Position numbers and translations under genes: made by a program. A stretch of 64,000 bases of DNA, from assembly GCA_030950285.1 (NCBI GenBank), contig JAUZRR010000028.1, forward strand, positions 28,064-92,063, written 5' to 3'. The DNA comes from Planctomycetota bacterium (GTDB lineage: Bacteria > Planctomycetota > Phycisphaerae > Phycisphaerales > UBA1924). The notes under the pieces were generated by a model, which did not search any database, was not told where the DNA came from, and saw nothing but the letters and a program-made list of their open reading frames with translations. Shown in pieces: positions 1-10,523 of the stretch (the stretch's first letter is position 1; every line of letters begins with the position of its first letter).

Positions 1-787
1 CGTTCCAGCGGACAGCCTGCGATTCTGTGCCGCCGGACATAGATTCGGAACTCCCTGTGCCGACGATCCAGCGGCCGTCGGCCGAGACGGCACGTGCGCT
101 GCTTTGATCGACCCCGCCGGGGAGATCGCCGAGCCCGACCATGCCTCCGGCTTCGGTCCAGCGGAATGCGGTGCCGACACCAACATCAATCGAGACACTG
201 CCGACGATGACCGAGCCGTCGGGGGTGACGTCGGATGCGCTGCCGCTCCGGCGGGTACCGCCGAGATATCCGAGGCTCTCCATCCCGGTCTCGGGCGTCC
301 AGCGGAATGGTGCGCCGGCAGTGCGGCCGTCGATCTCGACCGACGCGCTGCCGACGATGACGCGGCCGTTGCGTGAAACTGCACGCGCGATGCTTCGGAA
401 CCTGCCGCCGGGGAGGTCGCCAAGTCCGAAGGTGCCGGTCTCCTGCGACCAGGCAAAGGCTTCGACATGCTCGGGAGAAAGGACACTCTCACCGACGACC
501 CAGTTTCCCCGTGGCGAGACGCCGAACGCGGTGCTCTGGTTGTGGCCGGGGAGGAGGCCGAGTGGCTCAAGCCCGCCGGTTGCAGTCCACTTGACAGCTT
601 CCGCGAAATAAGAATTGTAACTGCTGCTGTCACCGACGATCGTTGAACCGTCGCGCGAGATGTCCTGTGCAGTGCTGAAGAACAGCCCGCCCGGCAGATC
701 ACCAATCCCCTGAAAGCTTGCGTTTTGCCCCGTGGCAGTGTTTGCAATACACGCGAAAACTATCGTCGATGCAACATAGAATCTCAT
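1..787 (-). CDS. HAF-type extracellular repeat protein, 5' part only (gene continues past window start)
   Basis: Absent from the ORF track because it runs off the window edge. My own translation from the ATG at 787 gives MRFYVASTIVFACIANTATGQNASFQGIGDLPGGLFFSTAQDISRDGSTIVGDS... The unit G.LPGG..S.A.AVS.DG..IVG then recurs about 5 times down to position 1. The N-terminus looks like a signal peptide. Confidence 0.55.
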   Translation of the reverse strand, partial: MRFYVASTIVFACIANTATGQNASFQGIGDLPGGLFFSTAQDISRDGSTIVGDSSSYNSYFAEAVKWTATGGLEPLGLLPGHNQSTAFGVSPRGNWVVGESVLSPEHVEAFAWSQETGTFGLGDLPGGRFRSIARAVSRNGRVIVGSASVEIDGRTAGAPFRWTPETGMESLGYLGGTRRSGSASDVTPDGSVIVGSVSIDVGVGTAFRWTEAGGMVGLGDLPGGVDQSSARAVSADGRWIVGTGSSESMSGGTESQAVRWN

Positions 788-869
788 GTGTTTCCTCTCG
801 ATACATAAGGATAGTGAAATACCGACTGAACCGGCATCCCGGCCCAGCCAGTGTGTGAATGCAGAGGTG

Positions 870-2339
870 TTATGGGAGAGAGATCAGCTCAAACGTATTG
901 ATAAGAACGCTGATGGTGCCGACATCGTTGATGGTTTCGCCGTGGTTGCTGGAGATGATGTCGCCGAAGCCGTCCTGGTCGAGGTCGGCGATAGTGATGC
1001 GGAGGGGCCGGTGGGCGAGCACACCGAGGTCGATGAAATACCCTCCATTCAGCCGGTTATACTGAAAGGTACCGTCGCCGTTGCCGAGCAGTATGGTGGC
1101 CGTGGCGTTTCCCGCATCGCCACCGGTTGCGACCACGATGTCCTGCTTGGTTCCTGCGTTGAGGTGGCCGACATCGAGCCCCCCGGGAACCAAAGTGAGC
1201 GGCGCGCCGCCGGAGGTGGAGAGATAAATATCGTCCTGGTTTCCGCCCGAACAATCGTGAATGAAGCCCGCGTTGCCGTCGCCGTGGAGGACAGAGAGAG
1301 TGCCGTCCCCCGACAGGCCGACGACATCATCGACGAGTTTGCCCGAGGTGAACCGGCCGACAGCAATGTCTGTGAAGTTCCAACTCGCGCACGAGGGCGC
1401 AGTGAAGGTCATCGAGTAACTGGTACCATCGAGGTTGGTCATCGATACCCCATCACTCCAGTCCCACCGTGAGGTGAACAGATCGGGGAGAGTCGCCCCG
1501 CCGGGCGTCTTGTCGAACAGGCCCGCGACGACCGCCGTGGTCGGCTCAGAGCTGTCGCTGGCAAGGTCGTACAGATCCTCTGGAAGCAGGTGCCCGGTGC
1601 CATCGTTCTTGATGATCGAGATATAGTCGCGTGCAAACTCCGGAAGCGACTCCTCCAACAGGTCAACTGCTGCCGCAACATCCATGTCACCGTCGTTGTC
1701 GAAGTCCGCCACGGTGAGGCCGCGGACGGGGTAGGTGGTGGGCTCGTAGTCGAGGAATTCAAAAGGCTCAACACCACCTGCATAACGATAGACATAGATC
1801 CCCCACGCGCCCCCCGCGGATGAGCTGTCAAAGTGCGTTGTTGCGGAGATGACAAGATCGAGGCGATCATCACCATCCATATCTGCCCACTTGACATCGG
1901 CCGAGATGGTGTTCGGATGCACCTCATCCAGCTCGATGACCTGTGCAAAATCCAATCCGTCGGCAGGATTGGTCCAGTTCTGAGTGTTGCGGAAGACCAC
2001 GACCTGCCCGGTTTCGCCGGTCCAGTCTCCGGGGATGAGCCTGTACAGATTGAGTTGCCCCACGGCGACTGCGATTTCGGGGTAGCCATCGAGATCGTTC
2101 GGCTCGAGGGGAGGTCCGAGCGCATCACCCGCTGCGATGCCCCAAGGGAACGACCCCACACCGATGACGACAGCAGGCTCGAACTCCGGGATTTTCTGGA
2201 TCTGCCCGTTCACTTCTCCCGCCAGCGCCACCATCCCGACCACCCCTCCCAGCAGCACGCTCGGCTGCACAACTCCCGGCCTCCAACCGCCACGGCTCGG
2301 CAAACCGAACCAACCAAGTACCCTAACGCCCCCCCCCAC
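870..2339 (-). CDS. FG-GAP/VCBS repeat secreted protein
   Basis: 489-aa ORF with repeated FG-GAP-like Ca-binding loops (DMDGDDRLDLV, DFDNDGDMDVAA, ADLDQDGFGDII). The hydrophobic N-terminal stretch VLLGGVVGMVALAG is present. The exact start is uncertain. Confidence 0.6.
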   Translation of the reverse strand: MGGGVRVLGWFGLPSRGGWRPGVVQPSVLLGGVVGMVALAGEVNGQIQKIPEFEPAVVIGVGSFPWGIAAGDALGPPLEPNDLDGYPEIAVAVGQLNLYRLIPGDWTGETGQVVVFRNTQNWTNPADGLDFAQVIELDEVHPNTISADVKWADMDGDDRLDLVISATTHFDSSSAGGAWGIYVYRYAGGVEPFEFLDYEPTTYPVRGLTVADFDNDGDMDVAAAVDLLEESLPEFARDYISIIKNDGTGHLLPEDLYDLASDSSEPTTAVVAGLFDKTPGGATLPDLFTSRWDWSDGVSMTNLDGTSYSMTFTAPSCASWNFTDIAVGRFTSGKLVDDVVGLSGDGTLSVLHGDGNAGFIHDCSGGNQDDIYLSTSGGAPLTLVPGGLDVGHLNAGTKQDIVVATGGDAGNATATILLGNGDGTFQYNRLNGGYFIDLGVLAHRPLRITIADLDQDGFGDIISSNHGETINDVGTISVLINTFELISLP

Positions 2340-2760
2340 AAACCCGGTTCATCCAGCTGCGTGCTCGGCTTCTCATGCTCGTTTCCTTCTGCTGCGAAGA
2401 TGGGCATGCCCCGGGCAACGCAATCGGGCCTGTCCCCATCCGCTGATTCTGCCCGCGCAGCACACTCGGCACGCTGCCAAACTCTGCTCCCGGGCAGCGT
2501 CGTCTACCGCTCTACACAACCACGGGTTGCACCGCGCCGCCAGCAAACCGGCATATTTTCTGGGTCCGCCCCCCCACCACCACTTTCCCCCGCCCGCGTC
2601 CGGCCTGCAATCCGGGCCCCAAAAGCCGGAACACGGTTGCTGGATGCCGATTGGGGTCAACTCCCTCACCCCCGGTCCAGCCGTGCTGCCAACTTGGCCG
2701 ATACTCTTTGGGTCGAATGTGCAATCCCGGTGCGCCCACGGGCGCCGCAGCGAGGACGAT

Positions 2761-3663
2761 ATGACAGAGACCGAACAAACTACCGGACCGACCCGCACCA
2801 GCCTCTCGGGCAAGTGGCTGTCCCGCATGGTGTTCGTCATCGTTGGGCTGATCGCGTTTGGCAGCTGGGGGTTCTACGACGCGGTCGTCGCGTACCCCAA
2901 CCGCGGCAAGAGCATCGCGGCGTACAAGCAGCTGCAATATCTCGAAGCCACCAAGCGGGCTGGGAAGATGTTCAACGCCTCGATCATCGACCCGGCGGGT
3001 GAACTCGCTGATCTTGAGTCTCGCGGCGTGCTCGAGCTCTCCGAGTTTGACCGCACCAAACGCGAATGGCTCGAAGCGCTCGCGGTGCCCGGGCTGGGGA
3101 TGCTCGACGCTGAGCACACACGGATGGACGACCCGGCGGGCACACTCGCCAGCCTTACTGAGCGGTTCAAGACCGAGAAGCTCAAGAAGCCGTTGTCGGG
3201 CTTTGACATCCTGACCCAGTGGGTGATCTGCGGCGTGTGCTGGGGGCTGGCGCTCTATCTCATCGGGCTCGTGCTTCTGGTTCGCTCGCGCATCTACCGA
3301 TGGGACGCCGCGACAACAACCCTCACCCTGCCCAACGGCACCAAGATCACGCCGGCCGACCTCGACGCCGAAGACCCGGCCGACCTTTCCAAGTGGCAGA
3401 AGTTCATCGTGTTTCTGCGTCCGCGCGAAGGGCACGCCGAGCTGCGCGGCCCGGTCCGCTTTGACGTCTTCCGCTACACGCCGCTCGAGGATTGGCTGCG
3501 TGTGCTCATCAAGGCAGCAAACCCGGAGATCGAGTTTCCTGACGAACTCAAAGCCAGGCTCGAAGCCGAGGCGCAGGCCGAGCAATCAGCCGCGCAAGCC
3601 GACGAGCCCTCCCCTGCTGCTGGTGAACAGGCAGACGACGACCGCGCCAATCCCACTCCATGA
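2761..3663 (+). CDS. hypothetical membrane protein (two hydrophobic helices, acidic Ala/Glu-rich tail)
   Basis: In-frame ATG at 2761 preceded by GAGGA. The ORF-track extension 2137-2760 is Pro/Ser junk antisense to the FG-GAP gene. TM-like segments are MVFVIVGLIAFGSWGFY and WVICGVCWGLALYLIGLVLLV. No family was recognised. Confidence 0.5.
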   Translation: MTETEQTTGPTRTSLSGKWLSRMVFVIVGLIAFGSWGFYDAVVAYPNRGKSIAAYKQLQYLEATKRAGKMFNASIIDPAGELADLESRGVLELSEFDRTKREWLEALAVPGLGMLDAEHTRMDDPAGTLASLTERFKTEKLKKPLSGFDILTQWVICGVCWGLALYLIGLVLLVRSRIYRWDAATTTLTLPNGTKITPADLDAEDPADLSKWQKFIVFLRPREGHAELRGPVRFDVFRYTPLEDWLRVLIKAANPEIEFPDELKARLEAEAQAEQSAAQADEPSPAAGEQADDDRANPTP

Positions 3664-4172
3664 TCTACGTCGCAGCGAGTATCGTGGCGCTAAGCAGCCT
3701 GCTGGGCATCGGGCTCACGCTGCTGACCTTTCCCGGCATCTGGATGATGGTGCTGGTCGCGCTGCTCTGCCAGTGGTGGCAGCCGGGGTTGTTCAGCTGG
3801 TGGACGCTGGGCATCGCGTTCGCCCTCGCGGGTATCGCCGAGGTTGTCGAGCTCTTCGCGTCGGCTGCGGGGGCCGCCAAAGCCAAAGGCTCGAAGTCCG
3901 CGATGGTCGCGTCGGTCGTCGGGGCGGTGGTCGGGGCGATCCTGTGCACGTTCCTGATCCCGATCCCGATCGTCGGCACGGTCGTCGGCGCGGTCGCCGG
4001 GGCGGGGCTCGCTGCGGGGCTCGCCGAGCGTTCGATCGCCAGGAAAGAGTGGAAGGACTCGTGGAAGGTCGCCAAGGGTGCCGCGACCGGCCGCGCGCTC
4101 TCGATGATCGCCAAGACCGGGATCGCGATCGCCGTCGCGCTCTTGCTGACCTTTGCCGCGTTCATTCCATAA
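3660..4172 (+). CDS. small multi-pass membrane protein, DUF456-like
   Basis: 170-aa ORF with an ATGA start/stop overlap with the upstream gene. It has 4 hydrophobic Gly/Ala-rich helices. The DUF456 assignment is from memory of the family architecture only. Confidence 0.45.
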   Translation: MIYVAASIVALSSLLGIGLTLLTFPGIWMMVLVALLCQWWQPGLFSWWTLGIAFALAGIAEVVELFASAAGAAKAKGSKSAMVASVVGAVVGAILCTFLIPIPIVGTVVGAVAGAGLAAGLAERSIARKEWKDSWKVAKGAATGRALSMIAKTGIAIAVALLLTFAAFIP

Positions 4173-4268
4173 CCCACACCGCACCACCCGGTGGGCCCGC
4201 TCCCGGTATGCTCGATACGCCGACCAAAGCACAAGAGAGAACACCCCTCGCACAGAAGCGCAACCACC

Positions 4269-5717
4269 ATGACCGAAGCCACAACGCAAGCCACAACCGA
4301 CAGCATCAAGCACTTCGTCCTCGACACCAACGTGCTGCTCCACAACCCCGACGCCCTCTTTGTCTTTGAAGACAACCACGTCATCATCCCCTTCCCCGTC
4401 ATCGAAGAGCTGGACAAAATGAAACGCCGCGACGACGACATCGGTCGGGCGGCGCGCCAGGTCATCCGACACTTCGACCGCCTCCGCAACATCGGCTCGC
4501 TCACCGACGGCGTCCGCTGGGGTGACGCGCCCATGGGTGTACTCCCACGGCGGGCAACCCACACCAACGGCAACTCCGGGCTCATCCGTATCGACGTCCA
4601 GACCCACACACGGCCCGAGATCCTCCACATCGACCAGGCCGACAACCAGATCATCGCCGTTGCGCTCGACCTCAAAAAAGCCGGACACCGCGCGGTCTTT
4701 GTCAGCAAAGACATCAGCGCTCGCATCAAAAGCGACACCCTCGGCATCGTCACCGAAGACTTCGAGAACCAGAAAGTCGACGCCGATCGGCTCTACACCG
4801 GATACATCGAGGTCCAGGCCGAGGGCTCGCTCATCGACGACCTCTACGAGGACAAAATGCTCGACCTGGCGAGGCTCGAGCCGCTGCTGCAGATCACCGC
4901 GCCCGACGGCTCGACCTACCAGCGCGAAGTGGTCCCCAACCAGTTCGTCGTCTTCCACGACATCAACGACGAGAGTCACACCGGGCTCGCCCGCCGCCCG
5001 GGCGATATCGAGCACGTCGTGCCCGCAACCGGGCCGCGCAAACCCGTCAGCGGCATCATCGCCCGCAACCTCCAGCAGACCATGGCGCTCGACCTTCTCC
5101 TCGACGACCAGGTCAAAATGGTCACGCTGCTCGGCTCGGCGGGAACCGGCAAGACCCTGCTGGCGATCGCAGCGGGCATGACCAAGACCTTCACCGAAGA
5201 GCGCTACGAGAAGCTGCTCTGCGCGCGCCCGATCATGCCCATGGGCCGCGACATCGGCTACTTGCCGGGCGACAAAGACGAGAAGCTCACCGCGTGGATG
5301 CAGCCGATCTTTGACAACCTCAACTACCTGCTCAGCACCCGGGGCTCGCCGCATCAGACCGCCGACAGCCACTCCTCCGAACAACGCATCGACAAGATGA
5401 TCGCCGACGGCACGCTCGTGCTCGAGCCGCTCACCTACATCCGTGGCCGCTCCATCCCGCACCAGTTCATGCTCGTCGATGAAGCCCAGAACCTCACGCC
5501 CCACGAGGTCAAGACCATCGCCAGCCGCGTCGGCGAAGGCACCAAGCTCGTCCTCACCGGCGACATCGGCCAGATCGACAACCCCTATCTCGACCAGTCC
5601 TCCAACGGGCTGTCGTACACCGTCGAGAAGATGAAGGGATTGTCCGTCGTCGGGCATATCACGCTGCAAAGAAGCGAGCGCAGCCAACTCGCGAGCCTCG
5701 CAGCCGAACGGCTGTAG
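4269..5717 (+). CDS. PhoH-like ATPase with N-terminal PIN domain (YlaK type)
   Basis: PIN-like N-terminus (KHFVLDTNVLLHNP...PFPVIEELD) and Walker A GSAGTGKT. The PhoH C-terminal motifs FMLVDEAQNLT and LTGDIGQID are present. The start is the in-frame ATG at 4269. Confidence 0.8.
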   Translation: MTEATTQATTDSIKHFVLDTNVLLHNPDALFVFEDNHVIIPFPVIEELDKMKRRDDDIGRAARQVIRHFDRLRNIGSLTDGVRWGDAPMGVLPRRATHTNGNSGLIRIDVQTHTRPEILHIDQADNQIIAVALDLKKAGHRAVFVSKDISARIKSDTLGIVTEDFENQKVDADRLYTGYIEVQAEGSLIDDLYEDKMLDLARLEPLLQITAPDGSTYQREVVPNQFVVFHDINDESHTGLARRPGDIEHVVPATGPRKPVSGIIARNLQQTMALDLLLDDQVKMVTLLGSAGTGKTLLAIAAGMTKTFTEERYEKLLCARPIMPMGRDIGYLPGDKDEKLTAWMQPIFDNLNYLLSTRGSPHQTADSHSSEQRIDKMIADGTLVLEPLTYIRGRSIPHQFMLVDEAQNLTPHEVKTIASRVGEGTKLVLTGDIGQIDNPYLDQSSNGLSYTVEKMKGLSVVGHITLQRSERSQLASLAAERL

Positions 5718-5765
5718 CGCACTGTGCGCCGTTGTGTTTCTTTGCAGGACACCGTCGCGGCTGAT

Positions 5766-5840
5766 CCCTCGCTTGCGCGAGGGGCTCTATAAGACAGATG
5801 ATCCATAGAACAACAGAGCCCCTCGCGCAAGCGAGGGGAC
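5766..5840. repeat. family-A inverted-repeat (REP/MITE-like) element, copy 1
   Basis: Sequence is CCCTCGCTTGCGCGAGGGGCTCT, a 26-nt spacer, then AGAGCCCCTCGCGCAAGCGAGGGGAC. Each arm is itself a hairpin. The element lies between the convergent phoH-like and RND genes. Confidence 0.85.
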
Positions 5841-5867
5841 ACGGCATGCCCCGCACTGCGCCACCGC

Positions 5868-8800
5868 TCAAGCCGCCGGCACTCCACCGACCGGGACACG
5901 CTCGCGCCGACCGAACACCCGCCGGATCACAGTCTGCGTGTCGAGCACCAGGCTCAGCAACAGCGGCACGAGCACCAGCGTGAACACCGTCGACATCAGC
6001 ATCCCGCCGACGACCACGCCGCCCATCCCGCGGTAGAGTTCCGACCCCGAGCCCGGCATCAGGACCAGCGGCAACATGCCGAAGACGCTCGTCACCGAGG
6101 TCATCATGATCGGCCGCACCCGGGTCCGCACGCTCTCGGCAATCGCGTCCCGCGCCGACATCGGCTCGACCGCGTCGCCCTCACCCTCGCCCACGCCGCG
6201 CATAAAGTTGTTTGCCTGATGCACGATCAGGATCGCGTTGTTCACCACGATCCCGATCAGGAGCACGAGGCCGAGCATGGTCAGCACGTCGAGGTTCTGC
6301 ACCGGCGCGTAGCGGTCTTTCACGCTCCACCAGTGAACCGCGGCGAGGCCGAGAAACCCGCCGAATGTCGCCGGGGGTACCGCGAACATAATCACCAGCG
6401 GCCGCAGCCAACTCTGGAAAAGCACGCACATCAGCAGGTACACGCCGAACAACGCCAGGAACAGCGAACTGCTGAATATGCCCGCCAGTGTGCCGTCGCC
6501 GAGCAGCGCCGTCCGTACGCTCTTGAGCTTGTCGGCCGAACCGGTGTAGCCGATATTGATGCCCGCCGGGACCTTCCCCGCCGCCCGCTCGGCAGCAACC
6601 GCCGCGTCGATCATGCCGATCGTTTCTTCGAGCGGCACGCCGATCGGGGCGGTGAACTCGACCGACACCGCCCGCTGCCGATTCACACGATTAATCTGCG
6701 GCGGGCTCGTCACGCGGCGCACCTCCGCCAGGCTTCCCAGCGCCACCGCGTGCCCGCTCGGCGTCGCAACCGGCAGGTCTTGCAACCCCGCGACAGTTGT
6801 CGCGTCCACCGCGCTCTGTGATATAACTTTCAGGTCGATCGTGTCCCCGCCCACGCGATAGTCGCCGATGATCGCCCCGTCGCCCGCGGCCTGCACCGCA
6901 AGCCCAAGGTCGGTCGGCACCATGTCCACCTCGGAGAGCCGCACCCGATTGGGTACGATCTGCAACTCGGGCCCGCGCAGATTAAAGTTCTGCGGGTCGC
7001 TCCGCACAGAGCTGCGCCCGTATTCACCCGCGAGATTGTTGTATACCGCCTGGGCAGCACGAGTCACCACGTCGAGGTCGTCGCCCATAAAATCCACCTT
7101 GACCGCCGACCCCGTCAGCCCGCCTGAACGGAACAACGGCAACTGAAACGCAAACGACATCGTGCCCGGCAAGACCTCCCGGCGCGTCGCTCTGGTAAAC
7201 AGCGGCGTAACATCAACAACTCGGGAATCTTCCGTTGTCACCGCGCCATGAAACATCTGCGTTCCGAAACCAACAAAGAAATAATTCCCGATCGGCGGCG
7301 GTATTACCTTCGGCCCTGGTGCCCAGGGCGTTCCTGACGCCACCTCCGGCAACGCCGCCCACGCCCGCTCGTATTCTTCGGTCCCTCGCGCAAACTTGCT
7401 CGCTTCCCAATACGGCCGGATCGTCTCCTCAACGCGCTTGGCGATCTCTTCCTGCTGTTGAATATTCTGGCCCGGCGGCGGGGTCAACAGGCCGAATACC
7501 AAGTTGCGGTTCCCGCTGGGCAGATAGTCCGAGGGCGGCATAAGTTTCCAACTGCCGTAGAGCGATCCGATCGTCATGAACAGCACGATCACGATGCGCA
7601 CCGTCCAGCTGCCGCACGCCCAGCACACAAACCGCGGAACAAGGCCGGACATCCAAGAAAACACGCCAAAGAACGCACCGACGCCCCGGCTGATCCACCG
7701 CAGCGGGTTCCCAGCGGCTCGTGTGTCCAATTCTAATCGTGTTGATTCACTCCCACCATCGCCCCCGGGTCGCCGCCGCAACAGTCGCGCCGCAGCCGTG
7801 GGGATGACCGAGACAGACACCACAAGGCTCAGGGCAACTGCCGCGCAGATTGCCAGCGCGATGTCGCGGAAGAGCTGCCCGGCCTCTTCCTGCACGAGCA
7901 GGATCGGGACAAACACAACAATCGTCGTCAGCGTCGAAGCGAGCACCGCGCCCCAGACCTCGCGTGCGCCGTCATAGGCCGCTTCCATCGGCGGCTTGCC
8001 CATCTCCAGGTGCCGATAAATGTTCTCGAGCACCACGATGGCGTTGTCCACCACCATCCCCACCGCGAACGCCATCCCCGCCAGGCTGATCACGTTGATG
8101 CTCCGTCCCATCATCACCATCACCACAAACGCCCCGACCACCGAGATCGGGATCGCCAGCGCCACGATGCCGACCGACGCCACCGAGCGCAGGAACAACA
8201 GCAGAATCAGCACCGCGAGCGTCCCCCCGATCCAGATGTTGCCCTTCACAAGCTCGATGGCCTGTTCGATATACACCGTCTGGTCGTAGACCTGCTTGAG
8301 CACAAACCCCCCGTCGAGTCCGAGCCGCGCGGCTTCGACCGCGAGCACGCCGCCCTCGGCGTTGACCTGCGCCACCGCCGCACGCACGCCGTCCATGACC
8401 TGCATGACGTTGGTCCCGACCTCGCGTTGCACATTGATCGCGAGCACCGGCTTGCCCATCGCCCGCACAAACGACCGCGATTCCTTGAATGCCTCGACGA
8501 CTTCCGCAACATCGCGCACCAGGATCGGCACCCCGTCCTCGTACCCGATCACCGTGCTCTCGACATCTGCGATGCTCTCGTACTGCCCGATGGTCCGCAC
8601 GCGGACGTCCGATTGGCCGTCCGGGACCGCACCGGCCGAGATGTTGCGGTTGGCGCCGCGGATCGCCGCGACAAGGTCCGACGCGGTGATCCCACGCTGC
8701 GCAAGATGCACCGGATCAAACCGGATCTGCACCTCGCGTTGGCGGCCACCGAGCACGTTCACCTCGCTCACACCGGGCACCCGCTCGATCGCCGGCTTTA

Positions 8801-9287
8801 CCCGATCGTCCGCAAAGTCCTGCAGCGTGCGCACATCAAAGTCAGGATCCGTCGACCCCAGCACGATCCACGCGATGTAGTCGCGGCTCTCGGGGTCCGA
8901 CGCCTCCACCACCGGCTCATCGGCATTCTCCGGATACTCCGGCACCTCACGCAGCTTGTCGCTCACCTCGCGCAGCGCCACGTCCTTGGACGTCCCCACC
9001 GCAAACTCGAGCCGGATCGTCCCCTCGTTCTGCCGGGAAAAACTCGTCATCGCCCGCAGGTTCGCGATCCCCTGCAGCTTCTCCTCCTGCTCGTTGATGA
9101 TCTCCTGCTCGATCTCCTCGGGGCTCGCGCCCTCCCAGAACGTCGTCACCGCGATGATCGTGTCCTCGACGTTCGGCGTCAGCTGCACCGGGATCCGCTG
9201 CACCGCAAGAATGCCCGACACCACGATCAGAATCACACCCACCGCGACCGTCACCGGCTGGCGGATCACCAAACGAACAGGATTCAT
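5868..9287 (-). CDS. RND efflux transporter permease subunit
   Basis: 1139-aa ORF with the typical RND N-terminus (RQPVTVAVGVILIVVSGILAV..IPVQLTP). The TM4-type motif AVGMVVDNAIVVLEN is present. It has two large loop regions and 12 hydrophobic segments. Confidence 0.85.
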   Translation of the reverse strand: MNPVRLVIRQPVTVAVGVILIVVSGILAVQRIPVQLTPNVEDTIIAVTTFWEGASPEEIEQEIINEQEEKLQGIANLRAMTSFSRQNEGTIRLEFAVGTSKDVALREVSDKLREVPEYPENADEPVVEASDPESRDYIAWIVLGSTDPDFDVRTLQDFADDRVKPAIERVPGVSEVNVLGGRQREVQIRFDPVHLAQRGITASDLVAAIRGANRNISAGAVPDGQSDVRVRTIGQYESIADVESTVIGYEDGVPILVRDVAEVVEAFKESRSFVRAMGKPVLAINVQREVGTNVMQVMDGVRAAVAQVNAEGGVLAVEAARLGLDGGFVLKQVYDQTVYIEQAIELVKGNIWIGGTLAVLILLLFLRSVASVGIVALAIPISVVGAFVVMVMMGRSINVISLAGMAFAVGMVVDNAIVVLENIYRHLEMGKPPMEAAYDGAREVWGAVLASTLTTIVVFVPILLVQEEAGQLFRDIALAICAAVALSLVVSVSVIPTAAARLLRRRPGGDGGSESTRLELDTRAAGNPLRWISRGVGAFFGVFSWMSGLVPRFVCWACGSWTVRIVIVLFMTIGSLYGSWKLMPPSDYLPSGNRNLVFGLLTPPPGQNIQQQEEIAKRVEETIRPYWEASKFARGTEEYERAWAALPEVASGTPWAPGPKVIPPPIGNYFFVGFGTQMFHGAVTTEDSRVVDVTPLFTRATRREVLPGTMSFAFQLPLFRSGGLTGSAVKVDFMGDDLDVVTRAAQAVYNNLAGEYGRSSVRSDPQNFNLRGPELQIVPNRVRLSEVDMVPTDLGLAVQAAGDGAIIGDYRVGGDTIDLKVISQSAVDATTVAGLQDLPVATPSGHAVALGSLAEVRRVTSPPQINRVNRQRAVSVEFTAPIGVPLEETIGMIDAAVAAERAAGKVPAGINIGYTGSADKLKSVRTALLGDGTLAGIFSSSLFLALFGVYLLMCVLFQSWLRPLVIMFAVPPATFGGFLGLAAVHWWSVKDRYAPVQNLDVLTMLGLVLLIGIVVNNAILIVHQANNFMRGVGEGEGDAVEPMSARDAIAESVRTRVRPIMMTSVTSVFGMLPLVLMPGSGSELYRGMGGVVVGGMLMSTVFTLVLVPLLLSLVLDTQTVIRRVFGRRERVPVGGVPAA

Positions 9288-10523
9288 CGGCGGCCTCCCT
9301 TATCGCCACCGAACGGAGCGCCCGCGTTGCCACCCTCGGGTTGCCCCCCTCGCCCGCCCGCTTGCTCGTTCCCCGGCTCGACCAGCATCGGGCGTACCGA
9401 AGCCATCGGGTACAACCGCTCCTTGCCCTCGACCACGACGCGATCGCCCGCGCGCAGCCCGCCGCCCGAGATCACCACCCGCCCGGGCAACTCAAACAAC
9501 ACCTCAATATTCACCGGCATCGCCTTGGCCGGGCCCTCGCCGCGCTCGCGAACGACGTACACGATCGTCCCCATCTCGTTCCGAAGCACGGCGTCGGTTG
9601 GCACAACCGTGTGCTCGGCGACCGTCCCCGTCGGCACCCAGCCGATCACGCTCTGCCCCGCCGCGAGCGCGCCCGCAGCGTTTTTCACCCTGCCCACCAG
9701 CGCAAACGTCCGCGCCTTCACTCCGATCTGAGGCACGATCCGCACCTCGGTCACGTCGATCGGCTTTGACAATGCGTCGGGTTCGACGACCAGGTCCTTG
9801 CCGGGGATCAGCCCGTCGCCCGACTGCGCCAATGCCGCAAGAGATTCCAAATACTTCTGTGGCACGTTAAGCACCACCTCGAGCACGTCGGTCTGCACCA
9901 GCACACACACCGAGTCTCCCGCCGCGAGCCACTCGCCGTGCTCGGTGAGCTTCTCGGTCACCGTCCCCGCAAAGGGTGCGACAATCCGCATGTCCTGAAG
10001 CCGCCGCTCGATGATCGCCAGTTTCGCGTCGAACACCTCAACATCAAGCTCCGCGCGCTCGAACTTGGACCGAGCCTGACTCAACTCGAAGTCCACCTCG
10101 CGGCGTTCTCTCGGGTTGGAAGCTCCCCGCGCGGTCGCGGTCTCGAGCGATTCCAGCTCCGACTCCCAACGGACCACCGCCGCGCGTTCTTCTCCCACCG
10201 CCGCCAACGACGCCGCTCGCTCGGCCTGGGTCTGACGCTTCTCCAGCTCCAGCCGGTCCGAGTCGAGCTGCGCGAGCAGTTGCCCCTTCTCGAGCCGCAT
10301 CCCCACGTCCACCGCCATCTCGACAACCACGCCCTCTTCCTGTGACGCGACATCCGCAACACGCAGCGAGCGCAGCTCGCCGGTCACCATCCGCCGTTGG
10401 CCGATCTGCTCGACGACGACCTCCGCCACCCGTACCGGCGCGGGCGGCGGCCCCTGCGCGATCGCGCCGAACACCGCCGACAATGTCGCAAGCCAACCCG
10501 CTAGAAACAAACGCAAGTGCATG
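9284..10523 (-). CDS. RND efflux periplasmic adaptor (MFP/HlyD family)
   Basis: The ORF 9284-10702 was trimmed to the ATG at 10523, giving the signal-like MHLRLFLAGWLATLSAVFGAIAQG. A coiled-coil hairpin (LDSDRLELEKRQTQAERAAS...) is present. It has an ATGA overlap with the RND pump gene. Confidence 0.75.

Noticed and set aside
2137-2760. N-terminal extensions suggested by the ORF track: 2137-2760, 25437-26378 before dnaX, 27813-28187 before ybaB, 45691-45900 before the CAP gene, and 31546-31875 before the ABC exporter
   Set aside because: The extensions are Pro/Arg/Ser junk and often overlap neighbouring genes. Internal ATG/GTG starts give canonical N-termini, often preceded by a Shine-Dalgarno-like sequence.
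8010-9731. 573-aa plus-strand ORF, together with 6219-6821 and 8956-9870, antisense to the RND pump and adaptor
   Set aside because: The composition is His/Arg/Pro-rich, no domain was recognised, and these ORFs lie fully inside well-supported minus-strand genes.
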